Notes under the pieces: generated by a model | The model's database searches: none | What the model was told of the DNA's origin: nothing | Seen by the model: the letters and a program-made list of their open reading frames with translations, nothing else | Program-made: the position numbers and the translations under genes | NCBI GenBank assembly: GCA_031278315.1 | Contig: JAITKS010000177.1 | Span: 1-49,055 of the forward strand | Reading direction: 5' to 3' | Length of the DNA stretch: 49,055 nucleotides | Origin: Planctomycetaceae bacterium | GTDB lineage: Bacteria; Planctomycetota; Planctomycetia; Pirellulales; Thermoguttaceae | Shown: positions 9,359-18,493 of the stretch, piece after piece | Layout: the number at the start of each line of letters is the position of its first letter | How positions within the stretch are numbered: position 1 is the stretch's first letter

Positions 9359-10375
9359 TTACAGCCAATTGTTTTGTTTGTACCATTGTGTTGTTTCTTG
9401 AATTCTTTCTTCTATAGACTTATCGATTTTGAAATTTAATTGACATTCCGCCTTTTCCGCCGAGCAACACCAATTGTTTCTTGATTCAAACGCTTTCGAC
9501 CAATCGTATGGAACATTTTTTCCGGTTAATAATTTTTTTAACTCGTAAAAAGTCGATACGCACAACACGGTAAGCGGCGGACAATGTACAGTCCGCGTAT
9601 TACGCCGCCCCATCGATCTGCCAATCATCTTGCCGACCTCAGACAATTTTATTCCGTCTCCCGCAGCTGCATAATACATTCCGATTCCACTCGGCTTGTT
9701 TTCGCCGGCAACATTCATCTCGACTCTTTCACCATTTCTTGCAACAGCTAAAAGTAACTTCGACAAATCAGTTGCATGAATCCACGAATACATCTTAATC
9801 TGCCATCCTGGAACCGGACATATTCCTAGTCTTTTCACAGTTTTAAATAATGCAAGATTCATTTTGTCGGCTTCACCAAACACAATCGGCGGGCGAACAA
9901 TACTACACGGTAATCGATTACAAAAAAATGCAATTTGACGTTCCGCTTCTAACTTGCTTACACCGTAATCTGAAATCGGTAAAGATATATCCGACTCAAC
10001 TTTTGGCTGCTGCAAATTAGATGGACCCGCAGCCGCAATCGACGAAACATAAATAAAAATCGGCGGCGTAGTCAATTTAGATACCGCATTAAGCAAGTTT
10101 TGTGTACCGTCACAATTCACTTTCAAAAAATCTTTTCGATTTATTGCCCGTACTCGTCCAGCAAGATGATACACAACATCACATCCCTGAACCGCTTTTT
10201 CAAGCGCAGATATATCACTCAAATCACCATAAATAAATTCGACGTCTGAAAACTTTATAAATTCAATATTCGAACCGCTCCGCAATAAACATCGAACTTC
10301 ATCGCCCGCAGCTCTTAATTGCCGTACTAAATGATAACCAATAAAACCAGACGCGCCCGTAACAAATGAACGCAT
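9359..10375 (-). CDS. NAD-dependent epimerase/dehydratase (extended SDR)
   Basis: Rossmann motif TGASGFIGYHL at the N-terminus and YxxxK (YGVSK) catalytic motif; 338 aa. Confidence 0.8.
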   Translation of the reverse strand: MRSFVTGASGFIGYHLVRQLRAAGDEVRCLLRSGSNIEFIKFSDVEFIYGDLSDISALEKAVQGCDVVYHLAGRVRAINRKDFLKVNCDGTQNLLNAVSKLTTPPIFIYVSSIAAAGPSNLQQPKVESDISLPISDYGVSKLEAERQIAFFCNRLPCSIVRPPIVFGEADKMNLALFKTVKRLGICPVPGWQIKMYSWIHATDLSKLLLAVARNGERVEMNVAGENKPSGIGMYYAAAGDGIKLSEVGKMIGRSMGRRNTRTVHCPPLTVLCVSTFYELKKLLTGKNVPYDWSKAFESRNNWCCSAEKAECQLNFKIDKSIEERIQETTQWYKQNNWL

Positions 10376-10407
10376 AACAACTAAACTATCAAAAAAAATA
10401 TTAGAAT

Positions 10408-10529
10408 TTCTAAACTACAATCACTTGAATTTTCTGCGGACATCTTATTTAACTATTACCGATAGAAACTAGCGTTTGTTAATGAATAGTTTTTCTATCA
10501 CCGAAAATTCATAGTACGATACGTATATT
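10408..10529 (+). repeat. Family-B box element copy
   Basis: TCACCGAAAATTCATAGTACGATACGTATATT ends at 10529. The left arm CTTGAATTTTCTGCGG lies at ~10423-10438. Confidence 0.6.
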
Positions 10530-10607
10530 TTTAATCTGTACACGTATATTTACACATTTACTTTTGTAGTATTTCTATGAATTTTTGTATATCAGGAGAA
10601 GTATTAT

Positions 10608-11879
10608 TTACTTTTTATAAATAACTCTTTTTATTTTACCTTCGTCAGCACGCGGTAATTCGCCTTTTTTGAATACGTCGCCTTTGGGTGAAAATCCTAA
10701 ACGTTCTTTTAAGTGTTTCTCAATCATGTAACCCGTTACAGATTCATCTGCCTCAACATTAATTCTGACATCACGTACACCGTCGTTTTCTTCGATAACG
10801 ATCTGGTACTGCGGCAAAACTCCAGGAATTTCCATCAATGCTTCTTCAACTTGCTGCGGGAAGAAATTTACACCTTTTATTATTAACATGTCATCTGTTC
10901 TGCCTGTAATTTTTGCGATTCTTGTATGAGTTCTACCGCATTCACATTTTTCACGTGAAATAATTTTAGTCAGATCACCTGTTCTAAATCTTATAACAGG
11001 AATAGCTTGCCGAGATAAAGAAGTAACCACTAATTCTCCTTGTTCTCCGTCGGGTAAATTTTTTGTTGTTACCGGATCAATAATCTCGATATAGTAATGA
11101 TCTTCCCACACATGTATTCCGTTGTGTGCTTGGCAATCCATTCCTAAAGTTCCAACGCCTCCGGTTTCTGTCATTCCGTAGATATCGAATGCTTCAATTT
11201 CGAGTTGAGATTCTATTCTTTTGCGCATTCCTTCTGAAAAACTTTCTGCGCCGAATATTCCTATTTTCAAATTCGGCAAATTTACATTCAATGATTGCAT
11301 TACTTCGTGAATCCGAACTGCATAAGAAACCACGCCGCATAAAATTTTTGTCCCGAAATCTTTTGCCAATTTTATTTGCCGTTCAGTATTTCCCGAACCG
11401 GTTGGAATAACAAATAATCCTGCCGTTTGAGCACCGTGATACATACCGAATCCGCCGTTAAACAAACCAAATGACGGTGTAATTTGAACTACATCTCCTT
11501 CGTTTGCGCCTGCCATGACGTAGCATCTTGCCATGCACTCTGCCCATTGTTCGATATCTGATGTTGTATAAGGCATAACAACTGCTGTACCTGTCGAGCC
11601 GCTTGACATGTGTATTTCACGAATCAATCTAGGTTCAACGCAGCACATTCCGAGCGGATATGTATCACGAAAATCTTTTTTAGAGGTGAATGGAATATTA
11701 ATGAGATCGCCCATATTACAGAAATCGTGTAACCGTAATAATCCGGCTTCCGTGTATCGTTTGCGGAAGAAACCATTTTGCGCCCAAGCCCAATGTATTG
11801 TCTCGCGCAACTTTAAATTCTGATAATGAATTATCTCGTCTTGAGAAATCGTTTCAGAAACATAATTGAAACAACGCAT
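10608..11879 (-). CDS. Phenylacetate-CoA ligase family protein (PaaK / F390 synthetase-like)
   Basis: AMP-binding motifs SSGSTGTAVV, YGMTE, GRTDDM. Size (423 aa) and motif order are as in PaaK-type ligases. Confidence 0.82.
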   Translation of the reverse strand: MRCFNYVSETISQDEIIHYQNLKLRETIHWAWAQNGFFRKRYTEAGLLRLHDFCNMGDLINIPFTSKKDFRDTYPLGMCCVEPRLIREIHMSSGSTGTAVVMPYTTSDIEQWAECMARCYVMAGANEGDVVQITPSFGLFNGGFGMYHGAQTAGLFVIPTGSGNTERQIKLAKDFGTKILCGVVSYAVRIHEVMQSLNVNLPNLKIGIFGAESFSEGMRKRIESQLEIEAFDIYGMTETGGVGTLGMDCQAHNGIHVWEDHYYIEIIDPVTTKNLPDGEQGELVVTSLSRQAIPVIRFRTGDLTKIISREKCECGRTHTRIAKITGRTDDMLIIKGVNFFPQQVEEALMEIPGVLPQYQIVIEENDGVRDVRINVEADESVTGYMIEKHLKERLGFSPKGDVFKKGELPRADEGKIKRVIYKK

Positions 11880-12065
11880 AATATTTAAGTTAATGAATTT
11901 AATTAAAAGACCAAGCGTTATTATGTTATAACGTTGGTCAATGTTTTGTTTAATTTATTGAGAACAAACGGGACACTATGGAAAATTAAAATACAAATAT
12001 CAAATACAAGTAATATATCAGAGAATTTTTAAATTACTTTTACTTGGATTTTTGGTTTGATTTTT

Positions 12066-12163
12066 GTTTTCGGTTTGATTTTTCTGCTCATCTTTAATTT
12101 GAAAGCAGACTTTTTAATACATAGTTTTTGTGTCATTGAAATTCATAGTATGATACGTATAAA
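12066..12163 (+). repeat. Family-B box element copy
   Basis: GTTTTCGGTTTGA ... AATTTGAAAGCAGAC ... CATTGAAATTCATAGTATGATACGTATAAA. The hexamers are TTGAAA (12136-12141), a 16-nt spacer, then TATAAA (12158-12163). Confidence 0.6.
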
Positions 12164-12630
12164 CACGTGAAACAATCAAAGTGCAAAATTATAAAATAAA
12201 CACCGTTTTCAGCAATGCCCCCATCGTACACGGCATTTCGTGATTTCTAAATTATAAATATTAAATTAAAAAATCAAATTAATTATTAGAAATGTAATAA
12301 TATATCAGCGGAATAATTTTAGTCATGTTAAAACCCGGACAATCACCAAAGTAAAAAACACCAATGTTTTGTGTCTCTACAAATCAATTTTATTTTTTTG
12401 TAACGAAATCTGAAATTGTACGTGTGAATAATATTTCAATAAATTCGATATAACTCTTTGGTTCTTACCTCGACCGTGTGTATGGTTGTAGATAAATAAA
12501 AGTTGGTTATGATTATTCACTGTCTTTGAATGAAATATACTCCTCACACTTTATTTTTAAATCACAAAAATAAAAACAAAATTTTTAAAGCACAATAGAG
12601 TATAAAAATTCAATTTAATAATTAACAATC

Positions 12631-12746
12631 ATTTTAAACCGCACATACATGAATTTTCGGTTCGATTTACCCGCTTATTTACAAAAACATCTTTTGCTAA
12701 ATACGTTTCTTTATCGCCGAAATTCATAGCACAACACAAATATTAC
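12631..12746 (+). repeat. Family-B box element copy
   Basis: Inverted arms CATGAATTTTCGGTTCGA (12648-12665) and TCGCCGAAATTCATAG (12714-12729). The box ends 4 nt before ATG 12750. Confidence 0.65.
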
Positions 12747-12749
12747 AAA

Positions 12750-14753
12750 ATGCTAAAAGATATAATCGCAATCGATTTCGGAACAACTAATACATATATT
12801 GCAAAATGTCCGGCAAATGCACGAACTCCAAGTGCTATACAATTTAACTCTAACTCGGTCGGCATCGAAACGGCATTGCTCTATTCTAACGAATCTACAA
12901 ATGATTCACCTTATATCGGCGAACAAGCAATAAACGGACTCGGCAACGCGTCAATTGAAGAACGTCAAAAGTATGAATACCGTTTTTACTCACATTTTAA
13001 ACCCGATGTCGTTTCAAGCACCATAGCACGTCAAAACGCTGTCGATTTCTTGACCGCAATCTTACGCGATTCGCGAAAATGTAATATCAACTTCTCGCCA
13101 ATCGATTGCCGCGTCATCGTAGGAGTCCCAAGCGAAGCAGACTCAAAATATCGTGAAACACTGCGATCAATTTTTGCCGATGCCGGATACGGCGAAGTAA
13201 ATCTAATCGATGAACCAATAGGCGCAATGCTTGATAGTATTTCATCCGGTATGTTTTCTATAGCAGATATTATCTCCGGCTTCTTAGTGATCGATTTCGG
13301 CGGCGGGACTTGCGATTTCGCCTTTATACAAAACGGTAAAGTTAAACACTCATGGGGCGAAATGAATCTAGGCGGACGATTGTTCGACGACTTGTTCTAC
13401 CGCTGGTTTTGCGATTTAAATCCGGGTAAAGAATCTGAATTAAGCCAAAACGGCGAAGATTTTTTTGTTCGTGTATATCATTGCCGTCAGTGGAAAGAAA
13501 AGTTTTCTCAATTCACGGCAGTAAGTCCGCAAAAAACGTTCTCGTGTTCAATCGGCGACTACGGAAAAATAAAAAATGTTACTTGGAACGAATTCGTCGA
13601 AAGAGCAAAAAATTATAAACCAACAGAATCTTTCATAAAATTTCTGTCTGATTCAAATATTCCGCTGTCGGAAAAATTGATTTCCGGCAACATAGATTTG
13701 CTGCAATGGTTTCAAGATTCGTTGACTTCAGGTTTATCTGAAGCCGGTATTTCGATTTCAGATATTCATGTTATTGCACTTGCCGGCGGCAGTTGTCAAT
13801 GGTCTTTTGTCGGTGAATGCTGCCGCGAAATTCTCAATAACGACAATTTTTTTCGTAGTAATCAACCTTATGCAACAATTGCGAATGGTCTTGCTGTTTT
13901 ACCGGCTCTCGAAAATGAATTTCAACGCAAACAATCAGAATTGACAGCTGCAATTCCACTATTCGTACAAGAAATCGGAGAGAAAATAAAATCCGAATTA
14001 AATAGAGGCAGAGAACAAATAGTAAGTAAAATCACAGTCGATTTATTTGATAATAAAATTCGTCCGATTCTAATAAATTTCCGCGAAAACGGCGGCACAA
14101 TAAATAAACTTAAATCCGACATAAGTAAAGAAGCATTAGCCTTTGAAGAACAAATTAATAAACTCGTTAATGACGAAATCGGTAATAATCTGACCGCCCT
14201 CTTCGAAATGACATTAGATAATGTAAAAGAATGGTTGAAAAAGAATGATCTGCGAATGGCCGAAATTAAAAATAATTCAAATTTTAGAACAGATAAAATC
14301 GATATCGGTACTATCGATCCGAAAGTTGCAGAATTAGTAATCAATATAGTAAACACAATTGTAGGAACAATAATTACAATTATCGTTGCAAATATTTGCG
14401 GCGGAGGAGGAATGGCAATAATTGCAACCGGACCATTAGGATTACTTATAGGCGCAATTATCGGTGTCGCAGTTGGAATTTTAGCCGCTTCATACGGAAC
14501 AGATAAAGCAAAAGAAATCGCAGAAAATTATGAAATTCCATCAAATATTTCTCCCGTGCGGATATTTAAGTTTAACCCGCTGAATACTATTCTGACCGAT
14601 AAAAGAATCATTACACTACGCAATGATATGGAAAAAGATTTATCACAAAAAATTGATCAAGCATTACAAGGAATATTATCTGATATTAAATCAAAAGTCG
14701 AAATAATTATTAGTAACGAAATTTCAGCATTGAGTATTGTAAATATCAGATAA
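12750..14753 (+). CDS. Hsp70/actin-fold ATPase (NBD only) with coiled-coil and C-terminal glycine-zipper TM hairpin
   Basis: Phosphate-1 IAIDFGTTNTY, LIDEPIGAM, phosphate-2 VIDFGGGTCDF, adenosine motif IALAGGSCQ. No Hsp70 substrate-binding domain. Hydrophobic Gly-rich segment at aa 529-583 (nt 14334-14498). Confidence 0.72.
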   Translation: MLKDIIAIDFGTTNTYIAKCPANARTPSAIQFNSNSVGIETALLYSNESTNDSPYIGEQAINGLGNASIEERQKYEYRFYSHFKPDVVSSTIARQNAVDFLTAILRDSRKCNINFSPIDCRVIVGVPSEADSKYRETLRSIFADAGYGEVNLIDEPIGAMLDSISSGMFSIADIISGFLVIDFGGGTCDFAFIQNGKVKHSWGEMNLGGRLFDDLFYRWFCDLNPGKESELSQNGEDFFVRVYHCRQWKEKFSQFTAVSPQKTFSCSIGDYGKIKNVTWNEFVERAKNYKPTESFIKFLSDSNIPLSEKLISGNIDLLQWFQDSLTSGLSEAGISISDIHVIALAGGSCQWSFVGECCREILNNDNFFRSNQPYATIANGLAVLPALENEFQRKQSELTAAIPLFVQEIGEKIKSELNRGREQIVSKITVDLFDNKIRPILINFRENGGTINKLKSDISKEALAFEEQINKLVNDEIGNNLTALFEMTLDNVKEWLKKNDLRMAEIKNNSNFRTDKIDIGTIDPKVAELVINIVNTIVGTIITIIVANICGGGGMAIIATGPLGLLIGAIIGVAVGILAASYGTDKAKEIAENYEIPSNISPVRIFKFNPLNTILTDKRIITLRNDMEKDLSQKIDQALQGILSDIKSKVEIIISNEISALSIVNIR

Positions 14754-14807
14754 AAGAAATTCTAAAAATATCACATAAAAATTTAATAACATTTCAATTT
14801 ATTTTTT

Positions 14808-14949
14808 TGTAATATATCAGCGGAATTTTTTTAAACACGAAACTCACAAAAAAACACGAAAATCACGAAAAAGGGTTGTATATGATTTTCGTGTTTTTTG
14901 TGTTTAAAAAAATAAATTATTTCACAAATTATTTCACTGATATATTACA
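14808..14949. mobile_element. MITE-like element, family A (142 bp)
   Basis: Left end TGTAATATATCAGCGGAAT (14808-14826) and right end ATTTCACTGATATATTACA (14931-14949) are inverted copies. The interior is an imperfect palindrome (CACAAAAAAACACGAAAATCA / TGATTTTCGTGTTTTTTGTG). No ORF. Confidence 0.75.
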
Positions 14950-15592
14950 TTTTTTTAACAATATTCACGAATACTTGAAATCATATTTTCTTATTTGTTC
15001 TATCAAAAACGAAAATCGAATTTTTCATGTAAGTTGAATATTTAATTAACTAGATTATAATTTTGAACTATTAATAATATTTCAGCGTTTATTATTTGCG
15101 GTATTATTTTAAGTTGATCTCATTTGAAATTTTGGATCAAACCGCATTTTTAAACCTGATCATAACGATTATTTACACTTTACTCCGCACGATTATTTAC
15201 ACTCAAACACACTTAAACACGGTTTAGAATCTTGTTGATTCTAAGCGTATTATTGACACTCTTTTCAGCTCACGCTTTATAATTCGGTAACATTCGCTGT
15301 TTGATTACTTATTTTAAATTTAATAGTTTTCAGCAGTTTATTGTTTATATTTTTTTGGTAATTTTGGTAATATCTGCCTTTTGTTTTTTTAAATTTGAAA
15401 TCAGGCTTATATTCAGCCGTATATTTGAAATCAGGCTTTAATGACTAAATCTTTAATTCGCTGATAATCATAAAACCAGCCTTAATTGCTGCACTCTTAA
15501 TAACTGATTTTACAGTACGAGCCGATAGATGTTGTTTTTATATGTTACATAAATTTCAAGTAAGTTATGGTTTTATACAAGTACAGTTTTAT

Positions 15593-16522
15593 ATGTCTAT
15601 AGATGTACCCGACAGCCTCATACAAGAATTGCGCGGCAGTAAAATTCTAGCCTTGCCCCAAAGTGCAGCAAAAGTTTTAGAACTAGCGAAAAATCCTGAA
15701 AACGGACCGCCCGAACTCGCCGTTCCAATATCAGCGGATCCCGGTCTAATGACACAAATTCTCAAATTTGCGAACTCATCATTTTTCGGATTTCGTCATA
15801 AAATAACGGCAGTGCAAATGGCATTGTCATTAATTTGTTTCCGCACGATAAAAAATTTCGTACTCTGGAACGCTGTTTTCGCAATGTTGCCCAATCCTAA
15901 AGTCGGTCCTTTCTCCCTGCGTTTAGTATTACAAGACGCTTTACGTCGCGGTATTTTTTGCAAAGTTTATGCTTCATATTTTCAAGGAATCGATCCCGAA
16001 GAAATATTTGTCGCCGGTTTACTTCAAGATATAGCTGTCCCAATACTCGCACAAAATAAACCAACAGAATACTCCCAATTTTTAGATAAATTAACCGACG
16101 GAAAAACTAGACTCTCAAAATTAGAAAATGCATCTTTCGGATGGTCGCACGCCGACGCAGGCGCTTTTCTAATTCAAGAATGGGGATTAGGCGAAGACTT
16201 CGCATTACTCGTGCAAGAACATATCGACGACGGACTAATGGATTCAAGTACCGGTAATCCAATAATGTCATCCGCTATAATTCGGCTCTCGTCTATTTTA
16301 CCGTCGGCAAATGAAACCGATTGGTACGAAGCCGATAGATTCATGGAATGGTTTCAAAAGTTAGCAGGTAAATTAACTGCAACCGGAAAAAAAATTCCAA
16401 CTCCCGTCGATGTATTCACTACCGCCGACATACAATTTGAAGATATGCTGCAAGTAACACAAACACCGCAACCGCAATTGTCACTTATAAATCACCTGCA
16501 AAAATATAACGAATCATTTTAA
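15593..16522 (+). CDS. HDOD domain protein
   Basis: HDOD-like blocks LPQSAAKVLELAKNPE, ISADPGLMTQILKFANSSFFG, ITAVQMALSLI, HADAGAFLIQEWGL. ATG 15593 is preferred over 15542, which adds 17 unrelated residues. Confidence 0.78.
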   Translation: MSIDVPDSLIQELRGSKILALPQSAAKVLELAKNPENGPPELAVPISADPGLMTQILKFANSSFFGFRHKITAVQMALSLICFRTIKNFVLWNAVFAMLPNPKVGPFSLRLVLQDALRRGIFCKVYASYFQGIDPEEIFVAGLLQDIAVPILAQNKPTEYSQFLDKLTDGKTRLSKLENASFGWSHADAGAFLIQEWGLGEDFALLVQEHIDDGLMDSSTGNPIMSSAIIRLSSILPSANETDWYEADRFMEWFQKLAGKLTATGKKIPTPVDVFTTADIQFEDMLQVTQTPQPQLSLINHLQKYNESF

Positions 16523-16567
16523 ACTGCTGTTCTCAATTGAAATTTTTTACAACTCGTACAGTTAAAT

Positions 16568-16595
16568 TCTATGCGTATCGTATTATGAAATTCGG
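16568..16595 (-). repeat. Family-B box (box only), fused to a family-A-type end
   Basis: The + strand reads TCTATGCGTATCGTATTATGAAATTCGG, followed by CTGAAATATTACA (16596-16608). Lies 40-80 nt upstream of ATG 16649. Confidence 0.45.
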
Positions 16596-16648
16596 CTGAA
16601 ATATTACAAAACATTTGTCTGTAATATTGTCAATTAAATCAAAAAATT

Positions 16649-18493
16649 ATGAAAAAAAATAATTCACGTAAATTTATTGAAACATTAAATAACCGTTTGC
16701 TTGTGTTCGACGGTGCCATGGGTACGGAACTGTATCGGCATCATATTTTCACTAATCGTTGCTTTGAAGAGCTAAATTTATCCGAGCCGGCTTTGATAAG
16801 TGAAATATCCAATTCGTACCGTATTGCCGGAGCAGATGTTTTAACAACAAATACTTTTGGTGCGAATCGTATTCGGCTTGAAAAGTACGGTTTGGTCGAT
16901 CGGTTATCTGAAATCAACCGTGCTGGAGTTCGCATAGTCCGTGAAATTGCGGGCGATGACGGCGAATTGTTTGTTGCAGGTTCGGTAGGTCAATTTCCGA
17001 TTACAGGTTATACAAACGACGAAATAGAATCTTGTATTCTCGAACAAGTTGATTCACTTTGGGAAGGCGGAGTTGACTTTATTATTTTTGAAACTCAACT
17101 ATCACGAGAAGCGATACGCCGAAGTGCATCTGCGATGCTTAAACGTACAGAAATTCCATTTGTGTTATCTTGTGCGGTTGTAGCAGGTAATGAATCAGCG
17201 GCAGGTGAATCGATCTATCGGCTTATGGCACCTTTCGGCAGCGAAGTTGCTAAACCAATTGCAATGGGATTAAATTGCGGATCGGGTCCGGATGGTCTTT
17301 TGCGTGCTGCTGAAATAGCGATTAAAGTCAATCCGTTACCTCTTATTGTTCAACCGAATGCGGGTATGCCGAAAGAATTCGAGGGACGTCAAATTTATTA
17401 TTCGTCGCCGGAGTATGCTGCAACTTATGCGATGCGGCTGGTTTCGCTTGGTGTCGCTGCCGTTGGAGGTTGCTGCGGGATTTCGCCCGAACATATCAGC
17501 GAAATTGCAAAAATGATAAAACCGCTAGCTAAAGCAAGAGCAACAAATTCAATTCTACAAGTTACAGAAACTGAAGCCGCCGAACAACCCGAATCACCGA
17601 TTGCGGAACGTTCAAAATTCGCATGTAAACTTACCAAACATGAATGGACAATAAGCGTAGAAATCGTACCGCCAAGAGGTTACGACTTGAAAAATATAAT
17701 CGAAAAAAGTAAAGAACTGCACCGGCACGGAATCGACGCAATCAATTTACCCGACGGACCAAGAGCAAGCTCAAGAGTATCGTCGATTGCTGCCGCAAGT
17801 AAAATTTTGTCTGAAGCTCATATTGAACCGATTTTGCATTTCTGTTGCAGAGACAAAAATTTAATCGGAATGCAAGCTGATCTGCTCGGATGTGCCGCTT
17901 TAGGAATAAGAAATTTACTTTTCATTACAGGTGATCCGCCTAAACTCGGTTCTTATCCTAATGCAACTGGTGTATTTGATACTGATTCTATTGGAATATG
18001 TTCGTTGCAGCGGCGTCTTAATAGAGGTGTTGATCTTGGAGGTCAAGAAATCGTTCCGCCGACTAATGCTGTTATCGGTGTAGGTCTTGACCCAAATTCG
18101 CTAGATCGAAAAAGAGAAATCGATAGATTCAAACAAAAAATAGATGCCGGTGCAAATTTTGCTATTACACAACCTGTATTCGATCCAGAAGCTCTATTTA
18201 GATTATTAGACGAAATAAATAATTGCCCGATTCCTATTTTGGCAGGAATATGGCCTTTGGCAAGTTTTCGTAACGCAGAATTTATGAAAAATGAAGTACC
18301 CGGAGTTACAGTTCCTGATTCGACTATGGAAAGAATGGAACACGTCGCAAAAAAAACAAAAGAAGAACAACTAGCTGTAGGAATCGAAATAGCAAAAGAA
18401 ATGATCTCCGCCATAAAAGATAGAGTAAACGGTATCCAAGTCGCAGCCCCATTCGGAAGAATTGAAATAGCCCTGTTAGTGGTCAGTGGTTAG
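16649..18493 (+). CDS. Bifunctional homocysteine S-methyltransferase / methylenetetrahydrofolate reductase (YitJ-type fusion)
   Basis: N-terminal S-methyltransferase domain (LVFDGAMGTEL, GGCCG zinc-site block) fused to a C-terminal MTHFR-like region (aa ~330-614). The last six codons and the stop lie inside a repeat element (see 18475-18798). Confidence 0.83.
   Translation: MKKNNSRKFIETLNNRLLVFDGAMGTELYRHHIFTNRCFEELNLSEPALISEISNSYRIAGADVLTTNTFGANRIRLEKYGLVDRLSEINRAGVRIVREIAGDDGELFVAGSVGQFPITGYTNDEIESCILEQVDSLWEGGVDFIIFETQLSREAIRRSASAMLKRTEIPFVLSCAVVAGNESAAGESIYRLMAPFGSEVAKPIAMGLNCGSGPDGLLRAAEIAIKVNPLPLIVQPNAGMPKEFEGRQIYYSSPEYAATYAMRLVSLGVAAVGGCCGISPEHISEIAKMIKPLAKARATNSILQVTETEAAEQPESPIAERSKFACKLTKHEWTISVEIVPPRGYDLKNIIEKSKELHRHGIDAINLPDGPRASSRVSSIAAASKILSEAHIEPILHFCCRDKNLIGMQADLLGCAALGIRNLLFITGDPPKLGSYPNATGVFDTDSIGICSLQRRLNRGVDLGGQEIVPPTNAVIGVGLDPNSLDRKREIDRFKQKIDAGANFAITQPVFDPEALFRLLDEINNCPIPILAGIWPLASFRNAEFMKNEVPGVTVPDSTMERMEHVAKKTKEEQLAVGIEIAKEMISAIKDRVNGIQVAAPFGRIEIALLVVSG

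Noticed and set aside
16523-16648. SAM (S-box) riboswitch upstream of the YitJ-type gene, and a TPP riboswitch upstream of thiL (38952-39100)
   Set aside because: The spacers are short and occupied by family-A/B repeat sequence. None of the conserved GC-rich riboswitch cores could be recognised by eye.
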